A DNA stretch of 64,000 bases from Eledone cirrhosa (GCA_964016885.1 OZ024744.1:98828001-98892000); one strand, 5' to 3'; counted from the stretch's first letter, positions 39,005 through 52,215 are shown. The notes: generated by a model from the letters alone, not told the origin. Numbers and translations: made by a program.

Positions 39005-39086
39005 CTGCTGGTCCAGATGTGAAATATCTCACATACAAAAGGCAGTAAAAGAGTTCATTACCAGAACACATCAGAAAGAGAATGAT
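39005..39086 (-). CDS. CDIPT: Phosphatidylinositol synthase, penultimate exon
   Basis: 82 bp, TTTTAG/GTAA boundaries; IILFLMCSGNELFYCLLYVRYFTSGPA contains the PIS C.GNELFYCLLY motif. Confidence 0.93.
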
Positions 39087-40084
39087 CTAAAAGAAAGATA
39101 ACATGGAATATATTAATTCTTAATATCCTGTAATAATTTATGAGGAAATATCTAAAAACATGTTTGTTAATTCAAATATTTATTGTATCTTTACTGGTGG
39201 ACAGATTGTTGTGAAATTTTTTAGTATTATCTCTTAATATCCTGTAATAATTTATGAGAAAATATCTAAAAACATGTTTGTTAATTCAAATATTTATTGT
39301 ATCTTTACTGGACAGATTGTTGTGAACATTTTTAGTATTATCTCTTAATATCCTGTAATGATTTAGCAGAAAATATATAAAAACATGTTTGTTAATTCAA
39401 ATGTGTAGAGTACTAGTGGACAGATTAAAGAAATTTGTAGTATTATGTCTTTTTAGCAGAAACTATCTAAAAACTGGTTTGTTAATTCAAACATTTATAG
39501 TATCTTTAGTGGTGGACAGATTGTTGTGAATATTTGCAGTATTATCTCTTAACATCCTGTAATGATTTATCAGAAAATATCTAAAAAAAGACTTTGTTAA
39601 TACAAATGCTTATAGTATCTTTACTGGTGGACAGATTGTGAAACTTACAGTATTAGAGTTAAAGACTTTTGTTTTTAATGTGATGCTGTCGTAGAACTGT
39701 TTTGTACTTTTAAAGAACATTCTTACTTATGTAGTTTGATGTAGTACAGGACATTAACAGTTAATCGTATATGATGGATAGATAATTTTTGTTTTTTAAT
39801 TAGAGGAAATTAATTAGGGTCTATTTTGACAATCATGGTAACAAACCCAAAGAGTCTTAGTAAGTATTGATAAGTTTGATGGCTGTGATGAGTGGAAAAG
39901 TCTGGTATTTTGGACATGGGTTCTTCATCATCAACATCAACGTTTAAAGTCCATTTTTACATGCTAGCATGGGTTAGACGTGTTGTTCTGCTGTGAGTCA
40001 AACCAGATCAGATGACAATGTCTTGCTCATACAGAACTGTTTCTGGCTTGATTTCTATGGCTGGATGCCCTTAATGCCAACCAC

Positions 40085-40935
40085 ATTTACAGTGTGGACT
40101 GGATGCTTTTTGTGATGTCGCCAACACAATCACTTTACAGTGTGGACTGGATGCTTTTTGTGATGTCGCCAACACAATCACTTTACAGTGTGAACTGGAT
40201 GCTTTTTGTGATGTTGCCAACATGATCACTTTATAGTGTGGACTGGGTGCTTTTTGTGATGTTGCCAACACAATCACTTTACAGTGTGGACTGGATGCTT
40301 TTTGTGATGTCGCCAACACGATCACTTTATAGTGTGGACTGGGTGCTTTTTGTGATGTTGCCAACACAATCACTTTACAGTGTGGACTGGGTGCTTTTTG
40401 TGATGTTGCCAACACAATCACTTTATAGTGTGGACTGGGTGCTTTTTGTGATGTTGCCAACACGATCACTTTACAGTGTGGACTGGATGCTTTTTTGTGA
40501 TGTCGCCAACATGATCACTTTATAGTGTGGACTGGATGCTTTTTGTGATGTTGCCAACACAATCACTTTACAGTGTGGACTGGATGCTTTTTGTGATGTC
40601 GCCAACACGATCACTTTACAGTGTGGACTGGATGCTTTTTGTGATGTTGCCAACACAATCACTTTACAGTGTGGACTGGATGCTTTTTGTGATGTCGCCA
40701 ACACGATCACTTTACAGTGTGGACTGGATGCTTTTTGTGATGTTGCCAACACAATCACTTTACAGTGTGGACTGGATGCTTTTTTGTGATGTCGCCAACA
40801 TGATCACTTTATAGTGTGGACTGGATGCTTTTTGTGATGTTGCCAACACAATCACTTTATAGTGTGGACTGGGTGCTTTTTGTGATGTTGCCAACATGAT
40901 CACTTTACAGTGTGGACTGGGTGCTTTTTGTCATG
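40085..40935. repeat. 48-bp minisatellite (about 17 copies) amplified inside a SINE
   Basis: TTTACAGTGTGGACTGGATGCTTTTTGTGATGTTGCCAACACAATCAC; SINE sequence flanks it on both sides. Confidence 0.92.
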
Positions 40936-41639
40936 GCACCAGAATTACCACTTTACTGTGTGGCATTCGATGGATAAAAAAAAAGTCTGTCTGTCCCAAG
41001 CCCAGAGGCTCACCAGGCTGGTGCTTATCTTGGTTTCATTGGTGTTTAGTGACAGAGTACATAACTTCCTCATAGACAGGACACCAGTCCATTGCAGAGT
41101 TAACCCTCCCAGCTACTGCTGGTACTCATTTTCAGTTGAGTATACTGGAGCAATGTGAAATGAAATGTTTTGTTCAAGAACACAATACACAACCTGTTCT
41201 AGGAATCAAACCCAGTACATTGTGATCCTAAGTCCAACATCCTAATGATTAGGTCACAAACCTTCACTTCATAAAAAAACTGGAGTCCAAAACGTTCCAA
41301 TCATCACACCAACTAAACTTATACTAAACTATACTTTCTTGGATTTTGTTACTTCACCATTGTTGCTAATGCATTCCCTTGGCTCTTGCCAGGTTATACT
41401 GCTAATAGCACCAAGTTCTGTAGAATTTGAATTAAATCTTTCTATAATTTTATGTAAGAACCATATATTAAGTTACTATCTTCATAATGAATTAATAAAT
41501 AATTTTAATAAATCCTTCTAAACTCTCCAGCAGTTAATTGAAATAAAGTGTATTTCATTAGAAATACAGTCATGAAAGGGTTAAGATGGTTGCTCTACTG
41601 ACCCACTACTGGTCAATTTTGTCTTTCCTTCTTTTATAT

Positions 41640-42206
41640 CAGTGGTTCTTAACCTTTATTTACTTATGAATCCCTTTGGTTCCTATTTTACTCTGGTGGA
41701 CCCTCAGTAGCCATTTGATATCTAAACAATCCTATTATTGTTCTTTTGATCAGTTTGAATTCAACTCAAGGGAGATAAATCAATAATTATATATATATAT
41801 CTATATATATTCAAGTTTGGTGGTTCACCACTGGATAGAACCGGTCATTCCATATAGCCAGCCATGATGTAATATTAGGAAAAGCACTCGACGTTATGCA
41901 ACTCATCCATCTTCGTTTATGTTGAATCTTGTTGGTGGTGCGAGAACGGAGTTAATTATCATTGAGTAAAATGACAGGAGGCTGGACTGGTGAAATTCAT
42001 TCAAAGATTTCAGTAAACTGTACATAGTGTTTGCCGACATAAATCTATATTTTTTCCTTAATGAAACTAAAATATTTTTCTCTATTTTCCTCTGTAAATA
42101 TATCTCAGAGTTACCAGTAAGTATTTATGGACTCCCAATTTAATATCTCTTATATGGACCTCCCTCCCACCTAAGGGCCATATAGACCCTGGTTGAGAAC
42201 CAATGT
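41640..42206. mobile_element. hAT-like MITE with an internal insertion
   Basis: CAGTGGTTCTTAACC / GGTTGAGAACCAATG TIRs. Confidence 0.65.
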
Positions 42207-42616
42207 TCTGTTTTGGTTCAATTAAATAAGTACCAGTGAAGAACTGAAGTCAATATAACACCTATAATAATAGGTATTCTAGGAATGATAACAAAAAAAC
42301 AAAAAACACACAGAGAAATACATGGCCAATACCCCCAGGACTTACAAATATATACAGCATAGAAAAGATAGCACTACTAGGCACTGCACATATATTACGA
42401 AAAGTACTATCAATACAATAGAAACAACATCAGCAAAATCTACACTGCACATACCCAAGGTACACACAGCTGTGCTCGGTAAAGCAGTAATGATGTGCAA
42501 TAAATATAGTAACAACAACAACAATAATAATTGTTTCTACTTTAGGCACAAGGCCAGCAATTACCCAGTGCATTACAGCCACAAGACCAGTAATTTGGAG
42601 GGAAGGGAAAGTCGAT

Positions 42617-42776
42617 TGTGAAATTAACGTGAAATATATATTGTGAAATGTACGTGAAATATATATTGCGAAATGTACGTGAAATGTCTATTGTGAAATG
42701 TACGTGAAATATATATTGTGAAATGTACGTGAAATATATATTGTGAAATGTACGTGAAATATCTATTGTGAAATGA
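42617..42776. repeat. GTGAAAT-based short tandem repeat
   Basis: GTGAAATATATATTGTGAAATGTAC units. Confidence 0.8.
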
Positions 42777-42823
42777 ATGAACTTCACAGTTTCAAATTCA
42801 AGAAATAATGTATTATAACATAC

Positions 42824-42905
42824 TTTATTGTGGTAATAATGGCGTAGAACTGGATTAGCTGACAAATCAAGAACTTTGTGGCTACCAGAACCTTTCATTA
42901 GGGAA
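42824..42905 (-). CDS. CDIPT: Phosphatidylinositol synthase, internal exon
   Basis: 82 bp, TTTCAG/GTATGT boundaries; SLMKGSGSHKVLDLSANPVLRHYYHNK matches the PIS G..SHK..DLS.NPVLR.YY motif; phases join the next two exons. Confidence 0.93.
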
Positions 42906-43029
42906 CTGAAAATAGAGAAAATATTTAATTAAGCATGTATGTGATGTTCTTTATACAACCGTGTTTTCTTTCATTAGAAATATGCTAATGAAAAAGTTAA
43001 ATGCATTTTAAAAAATACATCTTCGCCTA

Positions 43030-44252
43030 TTTATCTCTGAGACAGTCGTGTTCACAAGTAATGGAAGGTAGGAGGCTGAATTAAGTGTAAGAATTGCAGG
43101 AGCTGGTGCAGTAATGTGCCAGCTTCAGCATTCGGTAATCAGAAAAAGGGAGGTAGGTCTAAAAGCCAAACTCATTATCTTCAATTCAGCAGTTTTCGTG
43201 CCATCCCTTACCTGTGGTCATGAATCTTGGGTAATGACTGAAAGAATACAATCATGAATACAAGCGACCAAAATGAGGTTCCTCCAAAGGGTCTTGGAGT
43301 AACTTTACTTGGTTGAGTGCATAGCTCAGAGATCAGTGAGTCACTCCAGGTAGAGCTGCTACTTCTCTGAATTGAGAGATCACAGCTCCGATACTTATGG
43401 ACATGTGGTTAGAATGTCTCAGGAAAGAATCACTGGACAGATTTGAAACACGGTGATCAGTGAGTCACTCCAGGTAGAGCCGCTACTTCTCTGAATTGAG
43501 AGATCACAGCTCTGATACTATGGACATGTAGTTAGAATGTCTCAGGAAAGAATCACTGGGCAGATTTGAAACACGGTGATCAGTGAGTCACTCCAGGTAG
43601 AGCTGCTACTTCTCTGAATTGAGAGATCACAGCTCTGATACTATGGACATGTAGTTAGAATGTCTCAGGAAAGAATCACTGGGCAGATTTGAAACACGGT
43701 GATCAGTGAGTCACTCCAGGTAGAGCCGCTACTTCTCTGAATTGAGAGATCACAGCTCTGATACTATGGACATGTAGTTAGAATGTCTCAGGAAAGAATC
43801 ACTGGGCAGATTTGAAACACGGTGATCAGTGAGTCACTCCAGGTAGAGCTGCTACTTCTCTGAATTGAGAGATCACAGCTCTGATACTATGGACATGTAG
43901 TTAGAATGTCTCAGGAAAGAATCACTGGACAGATTTGTAACACGGTGATCAGTGAGTCACTCCAGGTAGAGCCGCTACTTCTCTGAATTGAGAGATCACA
44001 GCTCTGATACTATGGACATGTGGTTAGAATGTCTCAGGAAAGAATCGCTGGACAAATTTTACAGGTAAAAACCAGCTGGCAGGAGACCCAGGTGTAGACC
44101 CTGAGCGAGATGGTTGGATAGCATCCATGAGCTTGGCTGGTCTCAATTGGGGATCCAGCCAGATCAGTTGGAGATGGGTGCTTCTGACAGGGCCCGCTGG
44201 AAGGAGTGTTTGAGGACTGTCTCCACGACCCTCTCAAGAATAGGTGGGCAAA
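43030..44252 (+). mobile_element. RTE LINE 3' fragment containing six tandem 123-bp copies (43331-44050)
   Basis: Decayed GHESWVMT and YGHVVRM motifs; repeat starts at 43331, 43455, 43578, 43701, 43824 and 43947. Confidence 0.8.
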
Positions 44253-45350
44253 GAAGATGTATTTTTAAAAATGTATTTAACTTTTTCATTAGCATATTTC
44301 AAATAGGAGAAAACATGGTTGTATAAATATTACAGATACTAACAAAGAAGTTATACAATGATGGAAATATAAAAAAGAAAAGATAAAAACAAAATTAAGT
44401 AATGAAAAAAGGGGGAAGAAGTAAAGAAGGGCAGATCTAGCTGTAACGGAAAGTAGAGGAAAGGACTATAAATGTCATAAATGAGAGGAAAATGAGGGAA
44501 AGAGTATGGACTATTAGGCTATGAAAGAAAGGGAAGGGGAGAGGTTGTGTCAGGCTCTATATATTACTAATATGATGTTTGGAGTATCACTTAACAAATA
44601 TTCTTACGTAAAATTATGATGAAAACTTTTTAGATAAACATATAAACACTTTAAAATAAACAGTTTTATACCATAGAACCAGGGGTGGTCTCATGTGGTT
44701 TGGTATCATAGAACCAGGGTTGGTTTCAGATAGTTTGGTACCAAAAGGGTTAAAACAGATAGTTGTGTAATATAGAACCAAGGGTGGTTTCAGGTAGTTT
44801 GGTACCAAAAGGGTTAAAACAGACAGTTTTATATCATAGAACCAGAGAGTTTCTGGTGGTTTGGTATCAAAAGGGTTAAACTAAACTAAACATTTTTTTG
44901 AAACTATGTTGGCTAAAAATAAGCTGCTTCGATCTGTTTTTTTTTTTAACTATTAGAAAAGTTGAACAAGTTGGAAACTCTATACTGCTCCCTGAAAGTC
45001 AACTCAGTACACTAGTATGTATGTAATACATACAGGGATCGCAAACACAAGGTTCTAAAAACATTTGCTAAATACAAACCACTATCTCTCTACGGACAAC
45101 TGACTCTGCATATCAGGTACAAACACGGAAGAGCTGAACTCCCACTGTCATCGCCTCCATCTCTCTAGTCCTCCCCATCTCTCTGTGTTATGAGCAAATG
45201 GAGTCCCACGTGCTGGTCGCCCCACAGCCCCGGTGGACAGAATGGAGAAGGCGTTTCCCCGGAGGATGGTAAGGGAGATGCAGTCATAAATGCCCCTAGA
45301 CATGGTAAAAGCAATACTGTCAACTTTTCCCCTCATTTTATGTTCAATGG

Positions 45351-46147
45351 TGGATTGGCAGTATCGGTAGAGGGTCGGACGCCATGCTTTGACATATAGA
45401 GTTACGACCCTTGCCATTCTGAGTTCAAATCCCGCCGAGGTTGACTTTGTCTTTCATCCTTACGGGGTCGATAAAATAAAGTACCAGTAATGCACTGGGT
45501 AATTGCTGGCCTTGTGCCTAACGTAGAAACAATATTGAGGGTGGTGGATTGGCAGTATCGGTAGAGGGTCGGACGCCATGCTTTCCAGCATAGTTACGTC
45601 CCTTTACGATCTGAGTTCAAATCCCGCCGAGGTTGACTTTGCCTTTCATCCTTACGGGGTCGATAAAATAAAGTACCAGTAATGCACTGGGTATTGCTGG
45701 CCTTGTGCCTAAAGTAGAAACAATTATATGTTCAACATGTTCAACTATTTTCATAGTCAGAAAACAAACTCACATTGAAACATCTTATTTTAAGCTAACT
45801 TTACTTTCAAGAATTCAGAATTTGTTTGACATTTCTTGAATACAATTGATTCTTTTATTGGAACTTTTATTCAGAGAACTAAGAATCCCAGAATGTCATG
45901 AAAGGTCATTGACATTGTATAAAAATAATTGAGCAGAATCTAATGAAAAGAAAACACATATGGATTGGCAGTATCGGTGGAGAGTCGGACGCCATGCTTT
46001 GATGCATAGAGTTACGTCCCTTTATGATCTGAGTTCAAATCCTGCCGAGGTTAACTTTGCCTTTCATCCTTACAGGGTCGATAAAATAAAGTACCAGTAA
46101 TGCACTGGGTAATTGCTGGCCTTGTGCCAAAAGTAGAAACAATTATT
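45351..46147 (+). mobile_element. Three family A SINEs
   Basis: Consensus copies at about 45351-45535, 45545-45727 and 45961-46147. Confidence 0.85.
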
Positions 46148-46224
46148 AAAGGGAACAGAAAAGGAAAAAGAAGAACATGAAAGAAGGGGATCAAGTAAGG
46201 ACAGAAAGGGAGAGAGGGGGAGAG

Positions 46225-46952
46225 ACAGACACTCACCCCAGTCTGAATGGTACCTCAGTTGTGAAAAGGAGGGAGAGTGGAGGGAGAGACTGCACCCCAG
46301 TCTCAGTGGTACCTCTTTTGTGAAATGGGGAGGGGGAAAGAGACATTACACCCCAGTCTGAGTGGTACCTCAGTTGTGTAAGAGAGGGAGAGGGGGGGGG
46401 GGGAGACACTCCACCCCAGTCGGAGTGGTGCCTCAGTTGTGAAAGAGAGGAAGAAGGAAAAGGACAGACACTCCACCCCAGTCGGAGTGGTGCTTCAGTT
46501 GTGAAAGAGAGGAAGAAGGAAAAGGACAGACACTCCACCCCAGTCGGAGTGGTGCCTCAGTTGTGAAAGAGAGGAAGAAGCAAAAGGACAGACACTCCAC
46601 CTCAGTCGGAGTGGTGCCTCAGTTGTGAAAGAGAGGAAGAAGGAAAAGGACAGACACTCCACCCCAGTCGGAGTGGTGCCTCAGTTGTGAAAGAGAGGAA
46701 GAAGGAAAAGGACAGACACTCCACCCCAGTCGGAGTGGTGCCTCAGTTGTGAAAGAGAGGAAGAAGCAAAAGGAGAGTCACTCCACCCCAGTCGGAGTGG
46801 TGCCTCAATTGTGAAAGAGAGGAAGAAGGAAAAGGAGTCACTCCACCCCAATCGGAGTGGTGCCTCAGTTGTGAAAGAGAGGAAGAAGGAAAAGGAGAGG
46901 AAGAAGGAAAAGGAGAGACACTCCACCCCAGTCGGAGTGGTGCCTCAGTTGT
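46225..46952. repeat. 62-bp minisatellite with a hairpin (about 11-12 copies)
   Basis: GACACTCCACCCCAGTCGGAGTGGTGCCTCAGTTGTGAAAGAGAGGAAGAAGGAAAAGGACA. Confidence 0.9.
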
Positions 46953-47234
46953 GCCCCATGGACAAAAGTGTAACTGCAGAGAGTGGCCAGAGACACCCGC
47001 TGTAACAGCCACCCCACCTCACGGTTGTTAAAGATAATATTAAAATAATAATCTGTTGTATTTTTTTAAGAATTCCCATATAGTGAGGAGCTTAGAGTGT
47101 CTGTTCACTGTCACAGCAGGGAGATGGTGGGCAGGTTGGAGACTGGTGAACAATAAACAGATAGAGTGAGGGGAAGGATGGGGGTGTTTATTACACTGCC
47201 ATGACTGGAAAACAGGAGAAGAAGGAATGAGAGA

Positions 47235-48595
47235 TGGAGGGGAGAGAGAGTGAGCGAGGGTGAGAGAGAGGTGTGGAGAGAGAGAGGAGCGAGGGTGAGC
47301 GAGGTGTGGAGAGGGAAAGAGTGAGCGAGGGTGAGAGAGAGGTGTGGAGAGGGAAAGAGTGAGTGAGGGGGAGTGGGGAGGAGGGAGCGAGAGGGCTGGA
47401 GAGAAAGGGAGAGCAAGGGGCGAGAAGTGTTGAGAATGAGCGAATGAGAGAGGGGAAGTGAGCGAATGAGAGAGGGAAAGTGAGCGAATGAGAGAGGGAA
47501 AGTGAGCGAATGAGAGAGCGAAAGTGAGCAAATGGGAGAGCGAAAATGAGCGAATGAGAGAGCGAAAGTGAGCGAATGAGAGAGGGGAAGTGAGCGAATG
47601 AGAGAGGGGAAGTGAGCGAATGAGAGAGCGAAAGTGAGCGAATGAGAGAGGGAAAGTGAGCAAATGAGAGAGCGAAAATGAGCAAATGAGAGAGCGAAAG
47701 TGAGCAAATGAGAGAGCGAAAGTGAGCGAATGAGAGAGGGAAAGTGAGCAAATGAGAGAGGGAAAGTGAGCAAATGAGAGAGGGAAAGTGAGCGAATGAG
47801 AGAGGCGAAAGTGAGCAAATGAGAGAGGCGAAAGTGAGCAAATGAGAGAGCGAAAGTGAGCGAATGAGAGAGCGAAAGTGAGCGAATGAGAGAGGGAAAG
47901 TGAGCAAATGAGAGAGCGAAAGTGAGCGAATGAGAGAGGGAAAGTGAGCGAATGAGAGAGGCGAAAGTGAGCAAATGAGAGAGGCGAAAGTGAGCAAATG
48001 AGAGAGCGAAAGTGAGCGAATGAGAGAGGCGAAAGTGAGCAAATGAGAGAGCGAAAGTGAGCAAATGAGAGAGCGAAAGTGAGCGAATGAGAGAGCGAAA
48101 GTGAGCGAATGAGAGAGGGAAAGTGAGCAAATGAGAGAGGGAAAGTGAGCAAATGAGAGAGGGAAAGTGAGCAAATGAGAGAGCGAAAGTGAGCGAATGA
48201 GAGAGGGAAAGTGAGCAAATGAGAGAGCGAAAGTGAGCGAATGAGAGAGCGAAAGTGAGCGAATGAGAGAGGGGAAGTGAGCGAATGAGAGAGCGAAAGT
48301 GAGCGAATGAGAGAGGGAAAGTGAGCAAATGAGAGAGCGAAAATGAGCAAATGAGAGAGGGAAAGTGAGCGAATGAGAGAGAGAAAGTGAGCGAATGAGA
48401 GAGCGAATGAGAGAGCGAAAGTGAGCGAATGAGAGAGGGAAAGTGAGCGAATGAGAGAGGGAAAGTGAGCGAATGAGAGAGGGAAAGTGAGCGAATGAGA
48501 GAGGGAAAGTGAGCGAATGAGAGAGGGAAAGTGAGCGAATGAGAGAGGGGAAGTGAGCGAATGAGAGAGGGGAAGTGAGCGAATGAGAGAGAGAG
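47235..48595. repeat. About 22-bp purine-rich minisatellite GAAAGTGAGCGAATGAGAGAGG
   Basis: Directly visible; source of the long Leu/Ser ORFs. Confidence 0.92.
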
Positions 48596-48870
48596 GTGGA
48601 TTGAGAAAGGGAAATGAGAAGTGGAGAGAAAGGAGAAGAGAGAAGTTACAGCTTTAGTATGAATATTGTGATAAAAGAACTTCTGGTATAATGATAATTA
48701 CATATAAGTGTTTCAATGTATTGTAAATAATACTGGTGACACAATGTACCACAAACATTTTGTAAAGTGAAGGGCTTCTAGCTTAGGAAGGGATTCTAGC
48801 TGTAAAAACAATGTTAAAAGGAGTTGAGAGGATCATTCGGTCATGACATGACAACCTCTCTACTTTTTTT

Positions 48871-49004
48871 TTTTTTTTTTAGCTGGATGCGTTTCTATCG
48901 CCAGTTATTTTACAGTGTGTACTGGGTTAATTTTTCATGAAAAATTAACCCAGTACACACTGTAAAATAACTGGCGATAGAAACGCATCCAGCTAAAAAA
49001 AAAA
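48871..49004. repeat. Perfect spacerless palindrome with about 67-bp arms
   Basis: Centre TCA|TGA at 48937/48938; arms are derived from SINE sequence. Confidence 0.92.
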
Positions 49005-49519
49005 GAAAAAAAAGTCGAGGACACAACCTTTTTTATATGTTGGTGGCGCCACGATAAAATACACCAAGTACACTCTATAAAGTAGTTGGTGATAGAAAGA
49101 CATCCAGCTATCATGTCATGAAGCTGTCATATCTTCCAAATGCATGAAGAGTCCTCACAATCCTTTGGCAAGATTTCAATGGTTAGATACCCTTCCTATC
49201 ACCAACCACTTTACAGCATGTAGTGGGTGCCTTTACAGTGTAGATCCCCCCCCCCCCCCATAACTAAGGAGGCTGTCTCACCCTCTACAGTTGGAATGCA
49301 CTTCCCACCAACAACCAGTTCAGAAGGGGGCAGCAGCTAGGAACATATGTGAGGAGGGGGCATGGAGTGTGTGCAGTGAGAGGTTGTAGTGGTGTTGAGG
49401 ATAATAGCTGTTAGTGAGTGGTCGGTGTCAGGCAACATGGCATGTTGCAGGTTGGGTCTTCTTCAGCACCGCATAATGCCAGCCCTTGTGGTCTTTTGTA
49501 ATTTCTGTTATAATAATAA

Positions 49520-50515
49520 TGAAATTATTGTGTAAAGTGCGCTCAGGTGCACTACAACTCGTCAAAGGTGTATGTATCGTACATAGAATAATACACAAAT
49601 GTCAGGGAAGTGAACAGTGTCATGGTATACATGTGTGTATGTGTATGGAGGGGGAACATTAGGTGTAGTGTTGGCGGATCTCGGGAAGCATGGAGGCCTT
49701 AAAGGATGCAGTGTCTCGACAGCTAACAACTGATGCAGGTAGTTTGTTCCATGCTTCAGCAACTCTGAGCGTGAAAAAATGTTTCCGAAAGTCATGGGAA
49801 CTGTGCTGTTTTCTGACTTTGTGGGCACATGGAAATCAAAAAGGTACTCAGGGTTGTTGTTGGCAAGATGGTTAACAATTTTGTGGGTGTTTACCAAGTC
49901 AGTTGCCAGGCGTTGGAGCTTCAATGTATTCATGCCCAGGGAAGCAAGGTGCTTAGAGTATGGTAGATGCTTGATGGAGGGTATTCACTTGGTTGCACGT
50001 CTCTGAACAGTTTCCAGGCGGTCAATGTTCTGAGCAAGATAGGGGTTCCAGACTGGTGATCCAAATTCTAAGTGTGGCCGCACCATAGCCATGTACAGCC
50101 TTAAATAGATAGCTGGAGAGCAGCTGACAAAGGTCTTGTTGAGTGATGCTAAGACACCCTCGGCCCTCTTGACAATTTTAGAGACGTGCTTCGTCCAACG
50201 CAAGTCACTGCTGACCGTAATGCCCAGGTCACGTTCACAAGAAGACTTCTTGATATTAGTGCTGTGGAGGGAGTATGTGGACACTGGGTTTTTACTCCCA
50301 AAATGCATGGTGGTGCACTTGTCCACAGCTAGCTTGAGTTACCAGTCTGAGATCCATTGTTGCATTGTGTCTAGATCAGACTGCAAGCAAGATCTATAGT
50401 GTTCAGGATCTGTCCTTTTTATTTCAAGGTACAGCTTGATGTCATCTGCGTACTTTAGTACTGTGGTATTCTTTAAGTTGGTATCGATGTCATTAATATA
50501 TGCCACAAACAAAAG
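49520..50515 (-). mobile_element. CR1-clade LINE 3' fragment
   Basis: KYADDIKL, KCTTMHFG, ERDLGITVS, VRPHLEF and ETVQRRATK; (TAA)n-like tail; a second 3' copy at about 59737-60022. Confidence 0.9.
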
Positions 50516-50519
50516 GATT

Positions 50520-51410
50520 GTGAGGATTAGTTTTTAAAGTCGGTCTTCACAACCTCCTCCCATGTCTTCCTGGGTCTGTCTCTTCCACAGGTCCCAGCAA
50601 CTGGGATTTCTTTATGCAGCTGCTATCTTTCATGCGCATCATATGGCCATACCAAAGCAGTCTTCTCTCTTGTAAATTATATCCTCTGATGCTAAATTTT
50701 CCTCTCAGTTCCCTTATGCTATGTCACTGAGGGAAAGTAACATTGCACACCCATCAGAACATACTTGACTCATTTCTTCTAGCCTTCGCAGGTCTTCTGC
50801 AGTTAAGGTCCAGGTTTTACTGCCATGTCACATTGTGCTTCATACACAGACACCATGTAGTCTACCCTTCACTCTGAGAGAAAAGCATTTTCTTGCTAGA
50901 AGTAATAAATCTCTAAACTTCTTCCAGCCTGTTCTGATCTTCTTATTGCCCTTGCTCGAGGAGACTGGGGTCAACTTAGGTCAGAAAAACCCAGAAGCCT
51001 CATCACGCGGAGAGCCAACCAGGTCCACCAGCACCAATTGCTGGTGGCCCCGTGTCAGCCCTTCTGCATCCTTCAAGGTGATGTCGAGCCTCTGGAGATC
51101 TTCCCTGATGACATCCAGCCATCTGGTGCCGGGCCTGCCGTGGGGGCCTCTTCCAGCCTGTAGCTGCTGTGTTGAATGAGAGCAAGGCCCTGGCAGGCGA
51201 AGGACATGTCTGTACCAGCACATGCAGCGGATGCGTATGAGGCTGCGGGCTGATGTGTGCACGCACACAACTCTTTGTTGGAAACGTGGTGGTACCATCT
51301 GATGTTCTGTATGGTCCTCGGGGCTCTATTATTGAAGCTGTCAATCCTCTTTGCCAAGGGCAACATTTCTGCTCCATAGAGGAGAACAGAAACGACTGAC
51401 ATGTTCTTAT
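50520..51410 (-). mobile_element. Two adjacent RTE-like 3' fragments
   Basis: SVLLYGAE and RPHGRPGTRWLDVIREDL; a decayed RT C-terminus at 50520-50950. Confidence 0.7.
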
Positions 51411-52215
51411 CCTAGCTATTAAATATTTATCAAAGCCATCAGTCATCTTTGCCAGTGTCTTTGCGAGAGGCCATGTTTCTGCTCCACAGAAAGGACATAT
51501 GTTCTTATCCTAGCTATTAAATATTTATCGAAGCCATCAGTTATCTTTGCCAGTGTCTTTGTGAGAGGCCATGTTTCTGCTCCACAGAAACGACTGACAT
51601 GTTCTTATCCTAGCTATTAAATATTTATCAAAGCCATCAGTCATCTTTGCCAGTGTCTTTGTGAGAGGCCATGTTTCTGCTCCACAGAAAGGACATATGT
51701 TCTTATCCTAGCTATTAAATATTTATCAAAGCCATCAGTCATCTTTGCCAGTGTCTTTGCGAGAGGCCATGTTTCTGCTCCACAGAAAGGACATATGTTC
51801 TTATCCTAGCTATTAAATATTTATCAAAGCCATCAGTCATCTTTGCCAGTGTCTTTATGAGAGGCCATGTTTCTGCTCCACAGAAAGGACATATGTTCTT
51901 ATCCTAGCTATTAAATATTTATCAAAGCCATCAGTCATCTTTGCCAGTGTCTTTGCGAGAGGCCATGTTTCTGCTCCACAGAAAGGACATATGTTCTTAT
52001 CCTAGCTATTAAATATTTATCAAAGCCATCAGTCATCTTTGCCAGTGTCTTTGTGAGAGGCCATGTTTCTGCTCCACAGAAACGACTGACATGTTCTTAT
52101 CCTAGCTATTAAATATTTATCGAAGCCATCAGTCATCTTTGCCAGTGTTTTTGTGAGAGGCCATGTTTCTGCTCCACAGAAAGGACCAACATCTTCCCCT
52201 AGCTATTAAATATTT
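51400..52215. repeat. 98-100-bp tandem repeat (about 8 copies)
   Basis: ATGTTCTTATCCTAGCTATTAAATATTTATCAAAGCCATCAG...TTTCTGCTCCACAGAAA; overlaps the 5' truncation point of the LINE. Confidence 0.92.

Noticed and set aside
46225-46952. CRISPR-like repeat-spacer array
   Set aside because: The apparent spacers are near-identical purine tracts, there are no cas genes, and the context is eukaryotic.
47040-48350. Long Leu/Ser ORFs in three frames
   Set aside because: A pyrimidine-rich minisatellite strand that lacks stop codons.
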